A stretch of DNA of 62,935 nt, filler included, from Reticulomyxa filosa (GCA_000512085.1; 21 parts of 21 records of this genome joined end to end with filler, not necessarily neighbours in it), one strand, 5' to 3'. Numbered from the whole stretch's first letter, positions 10,447 to 23,055 are shown. Program-made: numbers and translations. Notes: generated by a model not told the origin, from the sequence alone.

Positions 10447-12716
10447 AATAATAATAATAATAATAATAACAATAATAATAGTTATGATCATCATCATCAT
10501 CGCCACCATCGTCGTCGGCAACATAGCTACTCACCGCCGATGTTTGTTGCGCAACTTCGTCCTCGACTTCGACACGACCACGATCTCGATCGTGATCCCG
10601 ACCTGGCAGCGACATATCGTAAGGTACGCGCGCATCGTCGCATAGCGAATGGACGAGACAATAACAATGGCAATGATGGTAATAAAGTCAGTGATGTTGA
10701 TGAGGAAGATAGACGACACAATGTACCCTCGAAAAACAGTGAGTTTCGATCCAACCATGCGACGGAGAGTCGCGGTCTTGTGAAGATGACAACAACGACG
10801 ACGAGAATGAGGACAAAGACGATGAGAACGATGAGAACAATGATGACGACGAGGCATTTGAACTCGTCTTCGCTTTCATTGTCATCGTCATCGTCGTCGT
10901 CTTTGACTGCAAATGAGCCCGAAAGGAGCACGGATGTCGCCGAGAGCAAGCAGCGGACGGAAACGCGCAACTACAAGTACAATGAGACACGGGCCAGTCG
11001 ACATTCCAACGTCGATCCCATCAACGTGGATCTCGGACTCACTTCGTCACGACCACAATTCGGAGAAAAGTCCGTGCTCGACGGGATGGCCTCCAATCCC
11101 TCGTATTTTACATACAACGACCGTCCTCGCAGAAGGCGTCGAAAGCTGATCGTGGACGCGGAGTCACATCTCACACTCGCGTCTTCGGAGAAGAAGAAGA
11201 AGAACAACAACAACAACAACAAAAAGGAAGAGGAAGAGGACGAAGAGGACAACAAATACGTACCTTTTATCAATGCTTCTGTTCAAACACGTCTTGTCAA
11301 CATTCCAGGTAACTGATACGCACATAACCATCAATGCTATTTTTATTACATGCACGTATGCGCGCATGAGTGTGCATGTTGTATAAATAGAGGAGGAGGA
11401 GTGAAATAATTGCTTTTTTTTTTTAAAATACATGCATGCGTAGTATAAAAAAAAATAAACAAATACACATACACGCATATACATATATATATATATATAT
11501 GTATATATACAGAAGATAAGCGAAGCAATAGATGCAGTACAAGCAAAGCGAAAAGATTGGGGTTGGGCTCTCCTGTGCGATCTCAGTCAATATCATATCC
11601 ACATACCAGTAGAGATGGCGTAAATGTCGGAGTCGCACGCCGAGACAGCGAAAGTTTGGTGGTGGTCGTGAAAAGCAGAAACAAGAGCAAGACCGATGAC
11701 TCCAAACTAAACAGCACAAGACATTTGGCCCGTCCAACAACAAAGGCAATCGAAGACGATTGCCATCACGGCGATGATGAATATGAAAATGAAGACAGGT
11801 ATGGATATGATGGTGATGACGATGATCGAAGACTGAGTTTGAAATGGTATGGCAACCAACCATGGATATCAGCTCTAGATGTAGAAGATTTTCCAGATGA
11901 AGATCAAGAAGATCCAGTTTATTATACATATATACATATATACATATATATATATATGTGTATATGTATATGTATGTATATATTTGTTCGATTCTTGCAC
12001 ATGCAACAGGAGGAACGAAGTAGAGTGATAGCATTTTTGGAGTCATTGCCGGTGAAGACTCCAAAAGATATCATCACGTGGGCACCAAATGCGACGAGCA
12101 ACAAAGCCAACGACACGCAAATAGCAAAGGCAGAGAAAAGCATGCATGAGGGAGCGACTGGTGCAAAGGGATATCCTGTAAGCAACAAAAGAGACGAAAA
12201 AGAGAAGAAGAAGAAGAAAAAGAAGGAGGAGGAGGAGGAGGAAGAAGAGGCCGTTATGTGCACAGAAAAGGACAACAAATTACCCAATTGTAACAACTAC
12301 GTGCCTTCGCTACGTCATAAACGCCACGACAGTTTCACCAGCGGAAAAGGTGGAGGCATGAATGTCGGTGTCGTGTTGGTATTGGTGGCGATTCGAGTCG
12401 ACGGCCGTCCAAACACTGTGTGTATGTGCGGAATCGCAGCACCAAGTCCGTCACAGAAATGCCTCCAGGATCGCTACCCAAGAGCGCACAGAGTAGTCCC
12501 AGGTCGTTGGACGAGGCCCAACGCAAAGGCAAGATCGATCGCAATTCCACTCCCAATGGAAATGGAAGTGTGGCACATATCCACGTGTTGACTGAAGGTT
12601 ATCTAATTACATTTTCCTTTTCTTGTCTTTTTAGGTTGTTAGTAGTCCATTTCTTCAATATATGCACACAAAGACCAAGAAAGTGGATCCGAGTCCGCTG
12701 CTGCTGCTGTCACTGA
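10447..12716 (+). CDS. Large low-complexity multi-exon hypothetical protein, 5' truncated
   Basis: Long GC-richer ORFs (10540-11316, 11557-12591) separated by (AT)n-rich intron-like stretches; no domain recognised. Confidence 0.55.
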
Positions 12717-13415
12717 AAGGGTTCAACAGACAAAGAAAAAGGCTCAAGTAGAAAGAGACTTTCGTCAGTGATCCACCCTTTTGTTTCAATTTTTTTTTTT
12801 TTTTTGTTCTTCTTTTAACATTCAGATATAATTGTTTTTCGTTGTATCATATTCTCATTCAATTTTTTTTTCTTAAAAAAAAAAAAAGTGAATGCATATT
12901 TTTAATTTATTGTACTTTTGTATTTTTGGCAATTTCTTGCGACGTTTTTGTTACTTTGGATTTTTGTTTTTTTTGTTTTGTTTTTTGTTCCTATCATCAC
13001 AGCATACATTTTTAACCAGTTTTTTCCCAAACGGAAAAAAAAAAGACTTATTCTATGCATCTTCTTTTTCCACTTTAGCCGTTCATTACATCCAGACAAA
13101 AATGTCCGAGCAAGTAAGACACTACACAATTTTAAGATTGACGAAGTACAAAAAGGGATCCAGATCACGGCAGGTTTCAAGGAAAATTCCAAAATTCTTT
13201 CCAAGAAACGTGTGCCGACAAAATACGTATCAACAACAAAAAGAATGCCGAATATTCAAATAATAGTTTTGAACAAAATTGTCCAGTCAGTCATCTTTGA
13301 TCTTTCAAAAAAAAATTTGATCAATGCTGAAGAAAACAAAACTGTGAGTAAGAAAGAAAGAAAACATAATGACGTAATGTCAAATCCAACAAATGCAAAA
13401 AAAAAAAAAAAAAAA

Positions 13416-14694
13416 TTAGGTGCGTTTCATCATATCGTCTTTCACTCCGGCACTTTTTGACCCATTTTCAATTAAATAAATATCGACAAAGGTGTTGTTG
13501 GGATTTGTCATGAAGCGCCGGGGGAGCCCATTTTCCCACGCGTCGTCGCTTTCGGAGCACTTTGTCGACGACAGCAACTTGACCTTGGATGCGTCGCCGC
13601 CGGTGATGGGTGTGAACAGCTGAGTGAGATCTTCTTTGGAAAACGTATACGGGGGTCTTTCGATTTGTCCATCGTTGCTGTCAAGGAATTGTGTAAGAGT
13701 TTTTTCTAGCTTTTCTTTTTTTAAAGGGTCGTTAGTACTTTTCAGCTCCTGTTTCCACATGTCCACCTGTTTTGCCATATTCTTCCATCTCTCCTCTGCA
13801 TTATACCGAAACACTGTCAGCAAGATCTTCCCGTCATTCGCCAATATGTAATGGAACAACTTAATATATGCCGGCCGTTGGTTTGGCTCCAACGCGACTA
13901 GCGATCCCCGATCAAAAATGCCTCCGACCTTTATACATTTATTTATATACACATATATATTTTTTTTTTGGTTTCTATCTCATTCACGGATTTGTGCATG
14001 CACGCATCATGCATGTTTATAAAAAGTTACACCCCCCACCCCCCCTTTTTTTTTTAAATAATAATAAAAAAAATAAATAAATAAATAAAAAAACTTGAAG
14101 TGTCAATCGAGGGATTGCCTCCGCGAAAATGTCGGAACAGATCAAATGGAAATTTTCGGAGCGATAAATCGGGATTTTGCTGAACTCGTCGATGTCGATC
14201 TTATACTGATTGTTGCATTCGCGTTTCAAAAATAACTCGAGCGCCTTGCTACTAAGCTCCACTCCGACGACCTTAACCTTGAATGCGTCTGCTCCGTTGC
14301 GAATACCCTCCATCTTTTTGGACGGAGGACGGAGGGTCGAATCTTGCAACGCCTCCGTCACGCGTTCTTGCACTTTGCCATTTATGTGGTCGCTGATTGC
14401 CTTCATGTCTGGAGTTGCGCCACATAACGGCACAAACACGCGGATCACTTTTTGCTGCTCCCAGTTTTTGACTGGTGGGACTGATGGTATGAGGTCGTTC
14501 AGATGATATTTCGCTGCACGTGTTAAGCCCCCTGTCTCCCAATGGAACGTCGGTTGTTTCCCAAACGTCGAGCCAACGCTTGTTTACCGCGTCGTCTTGT
14601 TATGCTGATAATAGCCAAAGGCTGAGGCTGAGGCTACTACTGACCCACCTACGATAAGCAGGGCGGAGGAACGCTTAAACAATCGTTGATACAT
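13416..14694 (-). CDS. Thiopurine/thiol S-methyltransferase (TPMT family), intron 13929-14094, two apparent frameshifts near the 5' end
   Basis: KRWLDVWETTDVP(W), RVFVPLCG, VVGVELSSKALELF, LICSDIF, GGIFDRGSLVALEPNQRPAY and PPY are TPMT motifs; N-terminus MYQRLFKRSSALLIVGGSVVASASAFGYY. Confidence 0.85.
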
Positions 14695-15790
14695 CTGATT
14701 TCGAAAAGGATTTTTCCCGTAAAGATTTTCCCCATGAACAAAACTTCTACCGAAAAGAAAATTTTTATGTTACATAATACACGTTGCACTGGTTGCAATA
14801 TCCCATTATAATCCTTTTTTAAAATAAAGAACTCTTGCTTATTTTGGATCGAGTTTAAGCAAAATTTATTTAAAAAATGAGATTGCTTACAAAAGTGTTC
14901 GGATGTAAATATCACAACCCAATGATTTAGTTAGTTTAAGCCTGAAAATTTGTCCTGTCTCTATTTTTCTCTCATGAACAAGGAGTTAAACAAACTCAAT
15001 AACAAAACACATCCTTTTTTTTTTTGTCGTTCTTTTCTCTTACTTGTGCGAAAATTTCTATCTAATTCTAAAAAGTAAATTATTAAGATTAGCAGCGTTA
15101 ATAAACACATGTTTTTGCTTTGCTTATTTTTTTTATTTGTAATAATCAATTCAGATTTTCCACAAAATTGTAAATATTGATTTCGTTGGCCTGTTATCAA
15201 GTTTTTTAAAATTTTTTAAAGCTGCCAACACATGTTGTATCGAATTATCACCAGAAAAAGAAATTGTCAAAGTCAGAGAATAGTTGAATAGACCTTTGTA
15301 ATTGAGAAAAAAACATTAAGGACTAAAAGAGGTAATTTCTTTTCATTATTTTAAGCAAAAACAAAAACCTTTTAATTAAAAAAAATCCACTTTTGTGAAA
15401 ATAATTCACAGATAAACCATGAAAACACCACATTAATTGTAACAATTCTGTATGTGTTGGGAGACAACTTTGTCATTTGGTCTGGTCAGAAGACAAAAAA
15501 ATGTTTATTACTGCTATTTAAAATTATTTACTTATTATTTATTTTTATTTGTTTTGTTCACAAGTCAGTTTTCTGTTTTTGTACATTAAGATAGGCGCGC
15601 CAAAATGAAAAGTTTGAGGCCATCCAAATTTGATTTGCACCAATGGCAACGTCATTTAACACCACATTGTCATATAATTTCACGGCTGCCTTCAAGGCTC
15701 CAGTTCTATTAACAAATTTTTATTGTATTGTAATATATATTAAAAAAAAGAAACAAAAAAAAAATATTTGCAACTTTTTTAAAAAAAAAT

Positions 15791-16954
15791 TCAAAACTGT
15801 TCGTTAACAATGCAAATGCGACCACCTGGACAAGTCACTAAGAGATTTCCATTTACAGATGTCAAGCCACGCACACAGCCTGCTTGTTTTTTGATTGTAG
15901 AATTGTTCCATTGCAAACTATCTATATTCCATTCTTGCTTTAACGTCCATTGTTCCTTTTCACTTTGATCAACTTCAAATACGTATACAGAATAATCCCC
16001 TTCCACGCAATTACCAACAAATGCTTGTTTTGGATTACGAGTAGAAAACGCTACTTGTGTTGGGGTTTTCACCTTTGTTGTAACTCTCTCTACTGTTTGT
16101 GATGCCGCACCCAATGTTACGCGATATACTCCCGAAGACTGAGGAACAGTGAAATACAAATATTCTTTGATGGACTCACTGTCAAGTGGTAAGGGCTTTG
16201 AAATGGCTTTCCTTCAAACTTATCCGCAATCACTGTCATCTAAAAAAAAAAGAATTTTCCAACAACACAAAAACAAGCAAAGGAATAACCTCTTGTCAAT
16301 TTGTTAAAAAAAAAAAATTAACTTTATTGAACCCGTCTAAAAAAAAAATTCTACCTTCCCGTTTTTAAGGTTCAATCGCACAATTTTCGAAGGCATACTA
16401 ATGTATACAGTGTTTGCTTCTTTTATATCGAGGGCAATACCGCTTGGGCCATTGCGAGCAAATGTTTTTTCTTTGCCGGTCTTTGTGTGATTAAATTCGT
16501 ACTCAATATCCAACCCTTTTTTTTTCCCGATTTTGCGGATAGAAATTAAAAAAAAAAAAAAAAATTATATAACATTCCCAAAAAATAAAAGAATTTTTTG
16601 GGTTTATTTTGTTTGTTTTTAAAAACCTGTCCATGTGTGATAAGAAAAAATTTTGGAATTGACAGAATCGACAAAGTAAAGCTTGCTCTCAGCCTCGCTC
16701 CACGCGAATTGCTCCACCTCTCCAAAGTTTGATCCTATTTGTTGCAGCCAAGTCGCCTCGAAATATTTTGGTTCAAATACTGAGTCAATGACTTCGACAC
16801 TGCCTTCTTTGCGCATTGAATTACGGTCGAAAAGTCGGTAGTCTCGAAAGTAAAAGTTTAATCTCCACAATTTTTCCAATGGCGCACCCGATGTGTACGA
16901 GTATAATATGCCATACAAAAATATGCACACGCCAATCCAACGAGATGATGTCAT
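15791..16954 (-). CDS. Secreted SMP-30/gluconolactonase-like six-bladed beta-propeller, multi-exon
   Basis: Signal peptide MTSSRWIGVCIFLYGILYSYTSG; EQFAWSEAESKLYFVDSVNSKIFSY; NGPSGIALD exon near 16440; PTQVAFS and VRGLT blades. Confidence 0.7.
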
Positions 16955-17679
16955 GGCTTTATTCCCCCATTTTGTTATTGTTATGTATGTGGTTCATTCC
17001 TAAAAACACGCCATAGCATTCACAAAAAAAAAAAGGAAAAAAAAAGTCGCACCGCCAAACATTTTTTGTCTCTTTTTAGTCGCTGGAAGTTGTTCGAGTT
17101 TTGCTTGAGACGCCATCTTATTCTAAAGTTTTTAAATTTTTTTTTGTAAATTGCAAAAAGATCACAAAAGAAAGATTCCCCTGATTCCCTTAAAATAAAC
17201 TTGGGGGTCGCGCTGTTTGTCAGAGTGCAGAATGCCTTGCTTGTTACTGGTTTAACCTTGCCCGTTATTAGAAGAAAATAGAGATGCAATGCTATAACAC
17301 ACGCAGTTCTTTCGTACTTCACGATGGAGAATATCATAAAAATCGAGGAAATGAAAAGTCATCTAATTTTACAACTGAAAGCAAAGTGAGTAAAAGTTAA
17401 AATGAGTCTCCAAATTTTCCTTTGTGTTCGCTCAGTCAAAATGAATAAAACAGACTTTTTAAAGCGCGTTTAACTGTTTTATAGTTTGTACAAGAACGAC
17501 CTTTTAACAAAAAAACCTAAGTTTTCAAACAGCGACCCCCTTTTCAATATCGTGTTTCGCTTCCGCGAAAATTCAACATTCACAAAGATTATTTCGTGAA
17601 GGATATTTTGCCAGATTTGCGTCGTTGGTTTGACAATCTCGTTCTAAAAAGACAACAACACAAAAAAAAATTTAAAAAA

Positions 17680-18036
17680 ATGGGAAACAACGGCCTCAAA
17701 GAAGAGTGCAAGAATTACTATAAAGAGTACGAAAAATGCTTCGACCAATGGATGGCAACAACAAGTTGGAAAAGAGTCCAACAAGAGGGCATGCCGCCCA
17801 GATGTGAGGAATTGTATAGTGATTTCCAATTTTGTTGGAAAAAGCAGTTTACAGAAAAGCTGAGACAAGAAGTGCCAGAACACATTCTCAAAGAAAGAGA
17901 AAAGCAATTGGAAGAGCGTGCAATGAGAAACAGTATGAATAATGTTGACAATGACGGCAAACCAAAGTTTGCAGTTCCACCAACAAAAATCACTGAATCC
18001 ACCACAGCCCAATCACAAAAAAACGTACCACCTTAG
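17680..18036 (+). CDS. MDM35: Mdm35/TRIAP1-like twin CX9C mitochondrial intermembrane-space protein
   Basis: ECKNYYKEYEKCFDQW...RCEELYSDFQFCWKK: two CX9C motifs with the Y..CF..W pattern of Mdm35. Confidence 0.8.
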   Translation: MGNNGLKEECKNYYKEYEKCFDQWMATTSWKRVQQEGMPPRCEELYSDFQFCWKKQFTEKLRQEVPEHILKEREKQLEERAMRNSMNNVDNDGKPKFAVPPTKITESTTAQSQKNVPP

Positions 18037-18477
18037 AAAAATGTTTTTTTTTTTCTTTCCCTCTTGCGTCGGGAAAATGATTGGTTGAAACTAGATTGAC
18101 ATTCACTTTCTCTGAGTTGAAAAGGAAATGAGAATATCCTTTTGAATATGTATCAAGGCTTCAATAGTACTCAAAAGGATTGTTGCACAAAAAAAAATAA
18201 AAACACGTTTGATTGTTTGTTGGATGAAGTGTTATTGTGTTGGTAATCCTCAAAAAATTTCTGGAAGGTTTTGACCTTCTTTTTTTCTCTGGCGAGTTAC
18301 ACATCACAAAAAAAAAAAAAGCAGATGAACTATCTTACGTGTTGTTACAGTCTTTTCCAACAAACAACCTTTAAACCAAAGTAATCAATTTTTTAAGCTT
18401 TTTACTTTTCAGTGCCGTCAAAAAAAAAAAGGGTCTTCTTTTCTCTTGATTTCATATATCACAAAAGGAAGAGAGAA

Positions 18478-18983
18478 ATGACGTTTTTATTATCAAAATC
18501 ATTGAACTATTCCACATTACAAAGATCAAATGTTCTTTCAAAACAACGGTTTCGCTTGAACGCAAGCAACTTTTTAACAAACACACGACAATACAACCAC
18601 GAACAAGTCGAACAGCGGCTACAACAATTTTCAGAGACCAGCAAACAATCCAAACGATGGACATTTCATCTTTTTGTCACATTTTGTTGCGTTGGATTTC
18701 CCTTGGCCTTGGCATTTGGACATGATAAAATCCCTTTTCACGACGAACTTATTGAAAAATTGGTGAGAAAATCAAACAAATCCTAATTTTTTTCCCTCCT
18801 TATATACAAAGTTACGAACATTAAAAAAAATGTAAACAGGCCAGAAATATGTACATTTATAAAGATCGAGAATCACAATTGGATTTCAAAAACTTGGAAG
18901 AATATAAAACGAAATATGACGATGAATTGGAAAAGCACGCATCAGAGCTGGACAAGCTTATTGTAGAATCATCTCAGAAATAA
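18478..18983 (+). CDS. Small single-pass protein with probable mitochondrial presequence; intron 18763-18839
   Basis: Basic, Ser/Leu-rich, acid-free N-terminus, one TM helix (FHLFVTFCCVGFPLALAFG); a phase-0 splice gives ...EKL|ARNMYIYK...SQK*. Confidence 0.65.
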
Positions 18984-19703
18984 ATGTCATCAACTTTGTA
19001 GTCCTAACACACTGAACAGAAAAAAAAATGATACATTTCAGTGTTACAGACACATTTTATAAAGTATCAACAATTAATAATAGGAAAAAATTATCAACCA
19101 TTATCATTTATTGTTGTTGTTTTATGTGTTGCTTTGATTTTTCTTGTTGTTCAATCATTATCAATCATGTTTGACTTCTTTAAATGCGCAATTTTTTTCT
19201 GCATTTTTGTTATTTGTTATGCGGAGATTTGACTATATATGATGAACTTAGAAGGGTGCAGTGCAATTTCACGAATGAAATAAACGTGGGTTTTTGAGAG
19301 ACCAAACGACTACAAAAAAAAAAAAAGAAGAAAAAAAAAAATGTAATTAACAATGTTAAAAAATGTGTTTTGTCTTGTGTGTTCAATGGCTAACGAAACA
19401 TCAGCGCAAAAAACAACTGTCTAAGAGTGGATGATAATGACTATCCAAGACAAACCAACCGACATTCCTTATCCCCTTTTTTTTCCTATCAAACAAATTT
19501 TTTTTAATATTATCTACAATCTTCATTAACATAAACAAATGAAGAGAAGCGCACTTTCCCAACAATTTTCAATTTAATTTTGAGAAGGGGAGGAGAGAGG
19601 GGGNNNNNNNNNNNNNNNNNNNNNNNNNNNNNNNNNNNNNNNNNNNNTTAATTAATTAANNNNNNNNNNNNNNNNNNNNNNNNNNNNNNNNNNNNNNNNN
19701 NNN

Positions 19704-19777
19704 TGTTTTCATTAAGAAAATCTATCATCTTCATAAGGTGGCATTTTCCGTGTTCAGTTTTTTTGCAACCTACTGTA
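19704..19777. mobile_element. Terminus of a second Tc1/mariner-like element at contig start
   Basis: Ends ...GTGTTCAGTTTTTTTGCAACCTACTG|TA; same TIR as at 7766-7792. Confidence 0.65.
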
Positions 19778-19798
19778 CATACGTTACAAATGTGACTA

Positions 19799-20630
19799 CA
19801 GTAGTTTGCACAAAAACCGTACAAAAAAAAAGGCTTTTTTAGTGTTTGACTTGTATATCTTTATTGAAAAGATCTAAAGTAAAAATAATTTTGTAGATAC
19901 ATAACAAATCATAGACTATCTTTACTATATGTTTCAATGTCTTATCTCTTGCATTTATTTGAAAAGATATATTTAATTTTTTTAGCTGACTTTTACAGTA
20001 TGCTTTTTTTTTTGTAACAAAAATTTATATATGTATATCAAACTGAACCCATTTAACAAACGTTTAAACTGTGTTTAAAAGAAATTTTATGTGTAATTTA
20101 CTACTTGGTAGCATCGCACTTGGCCTTTATCACAGCACGAATGTGCTTAGACATTGAATGTGATTTGTGTGATATGATTATTGCTTCAATCTAGTACAAT
20201 TGCTTGCTAAACTCCTCAAATAGATACTTTTTGCTGGAAAATAGTCAATTTTTATAAGTAAGGCACTTGGTAATCCACCAAATGTTCTAAATTAAGTTAA
20301 ATTTTGTTTTGACCCTTTTCGCATATACTTTAATCTAAAAGCATTTGCAAAGCTATTCTCTTTGTAAACTCATCACATTGCTTCACCATAATGATTTTTA
20401 CTTTCTTTTGTGTTTATTGTGCGTTAAATACTTTAATATTAGTATAATTAATTTTAAACTTTTTTTGTTTGGCAAGACAGATAAGACAGTACAATATAGA
20501 TGAAATATTATGTGATTCGTTATATGTACATACAAAATTATTTTTAATTTAGCTCTTTTCAATAAAGATATATAAGTCAAATACTAAAAAAGCTATTTTT
20601 TGGTTGTACTGTTTTTTTTGCAAAATACTG
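19799..20630. mobile_element. Complete non-autonomous Tc1/mariner-like element (MITE), 832 bp, ~155-bp imperfect TIRs, TA target duplication
   Basis: TA|CAGTAGTTTGCACAAAAACCGTAC...TTGACTTGTATATCTTTATTGAAAAGATCTAAA aligns to the reverse complement of 20472-20630, which ends GTACTGTTTTTTTTGCAAAATACTG|TA; no transposase ORF inside. Confidence 0.85.
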
Positions 20631-21439
20631 TATTTGATAGAATTAATGTTAATACAATATCAGCCAAAATATGGCAATACGTTTAGTTGAAATATTACGA
20701 CAAGTTCAGTGATCACAAGTTTGCCATTGTTTTCACACAAGTTTCTAACATCAAAAAGCTATTCGCACAATTATTTCATATTGCATTTGGACTTATTATT
20801 TTTTTCTTACTTTTATATTCTTCATTTTCACATTGAATTAACCAATAACTAATTTGAAATTTATTTAAAATCCTCATTTCCGAAAAGCTTTTTTGGTAAT
20901 TAAATGTTGTTTGTCCCAAGTTTTCCTTTACAGCAAATGAACTTATATAGTACATACATACAAAACTAAACTTAACAAACAAACATGTAGTCCATGCTGC
21001 AATGTCGGTGATATAATAACAAAAAAAGTTTAATGTGTTTCTTGTATATTAATAACTAACAAGAAGTGTTAGTGTTTTGTACAAACACCTTTTTAAGAGA
21101 GATTGACGCTGAACTTGTGAAAAGTCTTACTGGTGGAGAACCCAAACTTGTGCTATGTCGAAACTTGAGATTGCTTGTGTATTCGCAAGCATTTGTATCA
21201 CAATGTATTCAACAATAAAAACTTCATTATCCACAATTCTTCTTACATTCATATGTAGTCAACTAAAACTTTTTAAAATACTTATAAGATCCTTCTCTAA
21301 TGTTTACTTTAAATAGCGTCTTGTTTTTTTTTTTCTAAACAGTTTAAAAAGTTATAAATAAAAAACGTTGAATAATTTGCGAAGCAAAAGTATATATTTC
21401 GAACGTGCTACAAGCCAAAAAAGTGCACGTTCGTGAAGA

Positions 21440-21697
21440 ATGTCGTTGAATGTACAATATCCTGACGTTCCTCTGGGCTTGCATTTGGCAGGTTTCTTTT
21501 GGATATGGCTTCTGTGGCTTTTTTCACTGGAACAATTTTGTGTGTCGGACATTAGCGATTTTCCAAAAATAAAGTACCGAGTTGTAACGATTGTCTATGC
21601 AACTTTTGAAATGATTTCAGAAGCAGTGGTTAGTGGCCATTACCAATCCCGTAAGTTGAAAGCAAGCATAGAGTATACGCGTCCTCCAATTACGTAA
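21440..21697 (+). CDS. Possible first exon of a membrane protein, 3' truncated
   Basis: 85-aa ORF with a hydrophobic N-terminal helix running toward the contig end; no family recognised. Confidence 0.3.
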   Translation: MSLNVQYPDVPLGLHLAGFFWIWLLWLFSLEQFCVSDISDFPKIKYRVVTIVYATFEMISEAVVSGHYQSRKLKASIEYTRPPIT

Positions 21698-21891
21698 CGC
21701 AAAGAGAATGAGCACAAAAAACAAACAAACAAACNNNNNNNNNNNNNNNNNNNNNNNNNNNNNNNNNNNNNNNNNNNNTTAATTAATTAANNNNNNNNNN
21801 NNNNNNNNNNNNNNNNNNNNNNNNNNNNNNNNNNTCTTTCCCCCTTTTCTAACCCCTTTTTTTTTTTTTTTTAAAAAAAATAATAACATAC

Positions 21892-22403
21892 CGGAAAATA
21901 TCCAAACCACACTGAGCGTATCTTGTCAAAAAGGATTTAACAACGTCCCTTGGGTTGACACTATACCCACAGAGGGAATCACTACGGATTAAACAGCTCG
22001 TTGGGGTGTGGGTCAACTTGCTGCTGATCGCTTCCATATTTCGGAAAGGGTTTTCGCCCTTGAAACGCAATGGGAAATCGACGACGGTACCTCCACCAAT
22101 TTCCTCGTGTCCAGGGAATTCCATGTCGCTTGGGCGGATTTTGTTTATTGCCACCGCTGCCTTCTCCAATAAGTCAATGCGGTGCATTCCTCCATTCAAC
22201 GATTGGTGCCCATCTCGCAGCGTTATGCCCGTCACACGCACTTTCCCTTTTTCGTTTGGGTAAATTTTTCGGGGGTCCCAAGTGCGCTTGCTTGGGTCCG
22301 TAAAGTTTACTCCGGCAAAGTTGCGAACTGAATGGTCCCCATCGCCCTTCAACAGTTGACCAATGCTCCCCTTTTTGGTCAATGACTTCGCTAGGCGATA
22401 CAT
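21892..22403 (-). CDS. First exon of an OadA/PycB/transcarboxylase-5S-type carboxyltransferase (HMGL-like TIM barrel) with probable mitochondrial presequence; 3' truncated
   Basis: TLRDGHQSL, EEIGGGTVVD..LRF.GENPF, LIRSDSLCGY...DVV..F......GLDIFR align to the pyruvate carboxyltransferase domain; GTATGT donor at 21891; in-frame TGA directly before the ATG. Confidence 0.85.
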
Positions 22404-22537
22404 TCAATGAACCTCAAGCTGACAACAACAATTCAAAGAAAAAAATACAGAACAAGTGGAAGGTCTAGAATGGATCGGTTGTCAAAGAGTGCAAGAATTT
22501 TTTAAAATTTTTTTTTTTTTTTTTGACGAGTGTTGTA

Positions 22538-23055
22538 TACATTTTTTTATTTTGTTTGCGGATCGGCATACATTCGACTTTGTAATGACCTTTTGAAGTG
22601 TTACACTTTAATCGCAAATCTGTCGCGCAATTTTTTTTTATGTGACGGTCTGTTACACAATTACAAAATTTAAATTTTGAAACAAAGAGAACAATTAAAA
22701 AATTTTCTATTTCTGGGAGTGTATGCAAGCTCATGAATTGTTTTATATCTCGTTTTGCTAGAATATTATTACACAAGCATCATTCATTCTTAGTTTAATG
22801 TTCGACTCACCGTAAGCAACAAAAAATACCCAAAAAAACGTGGAAAAAAAGGGTAGGAAGAGTGGTTACAAAACTCCCATAAATAGAAAATTTTTTAATT
22901 GTTCTCTTTGTTTCAAAATTTAAATTTTGTAATTGTGTAACAGACCGTCACATAAAAAAAAATTGCGCGACAGATTTGCGATTAAAGTGTAACACTTCAA
23001 AAGGTCATTACAAAGTCGAATGTATGCCGATCCGCAAACAAAATAAAAAAATGTA
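22538..23055. repeat. Long inverted repeat: arms 22538-22720 and 22873-23055, spacer 152 bp
   Basis: Arms are exact reverse complements over ~175 bp, including homopolymer lengths, with one mismatch near the inner end. Confidence 0.95.

Noticed and set aside
10391-12556. Minus-strand ORFs opposite the low-complexity gene
   Set aside because: Antisense shadows of trinucleotide-rich coding sequence with no domains.
12892-13460. Overlapping plus-strand ORFs 12892-13263 and 12918-13460
   Set aside because: Composition is dominated by A/T runs with no motif; a small real gene cannot be excluded but is unsupported.
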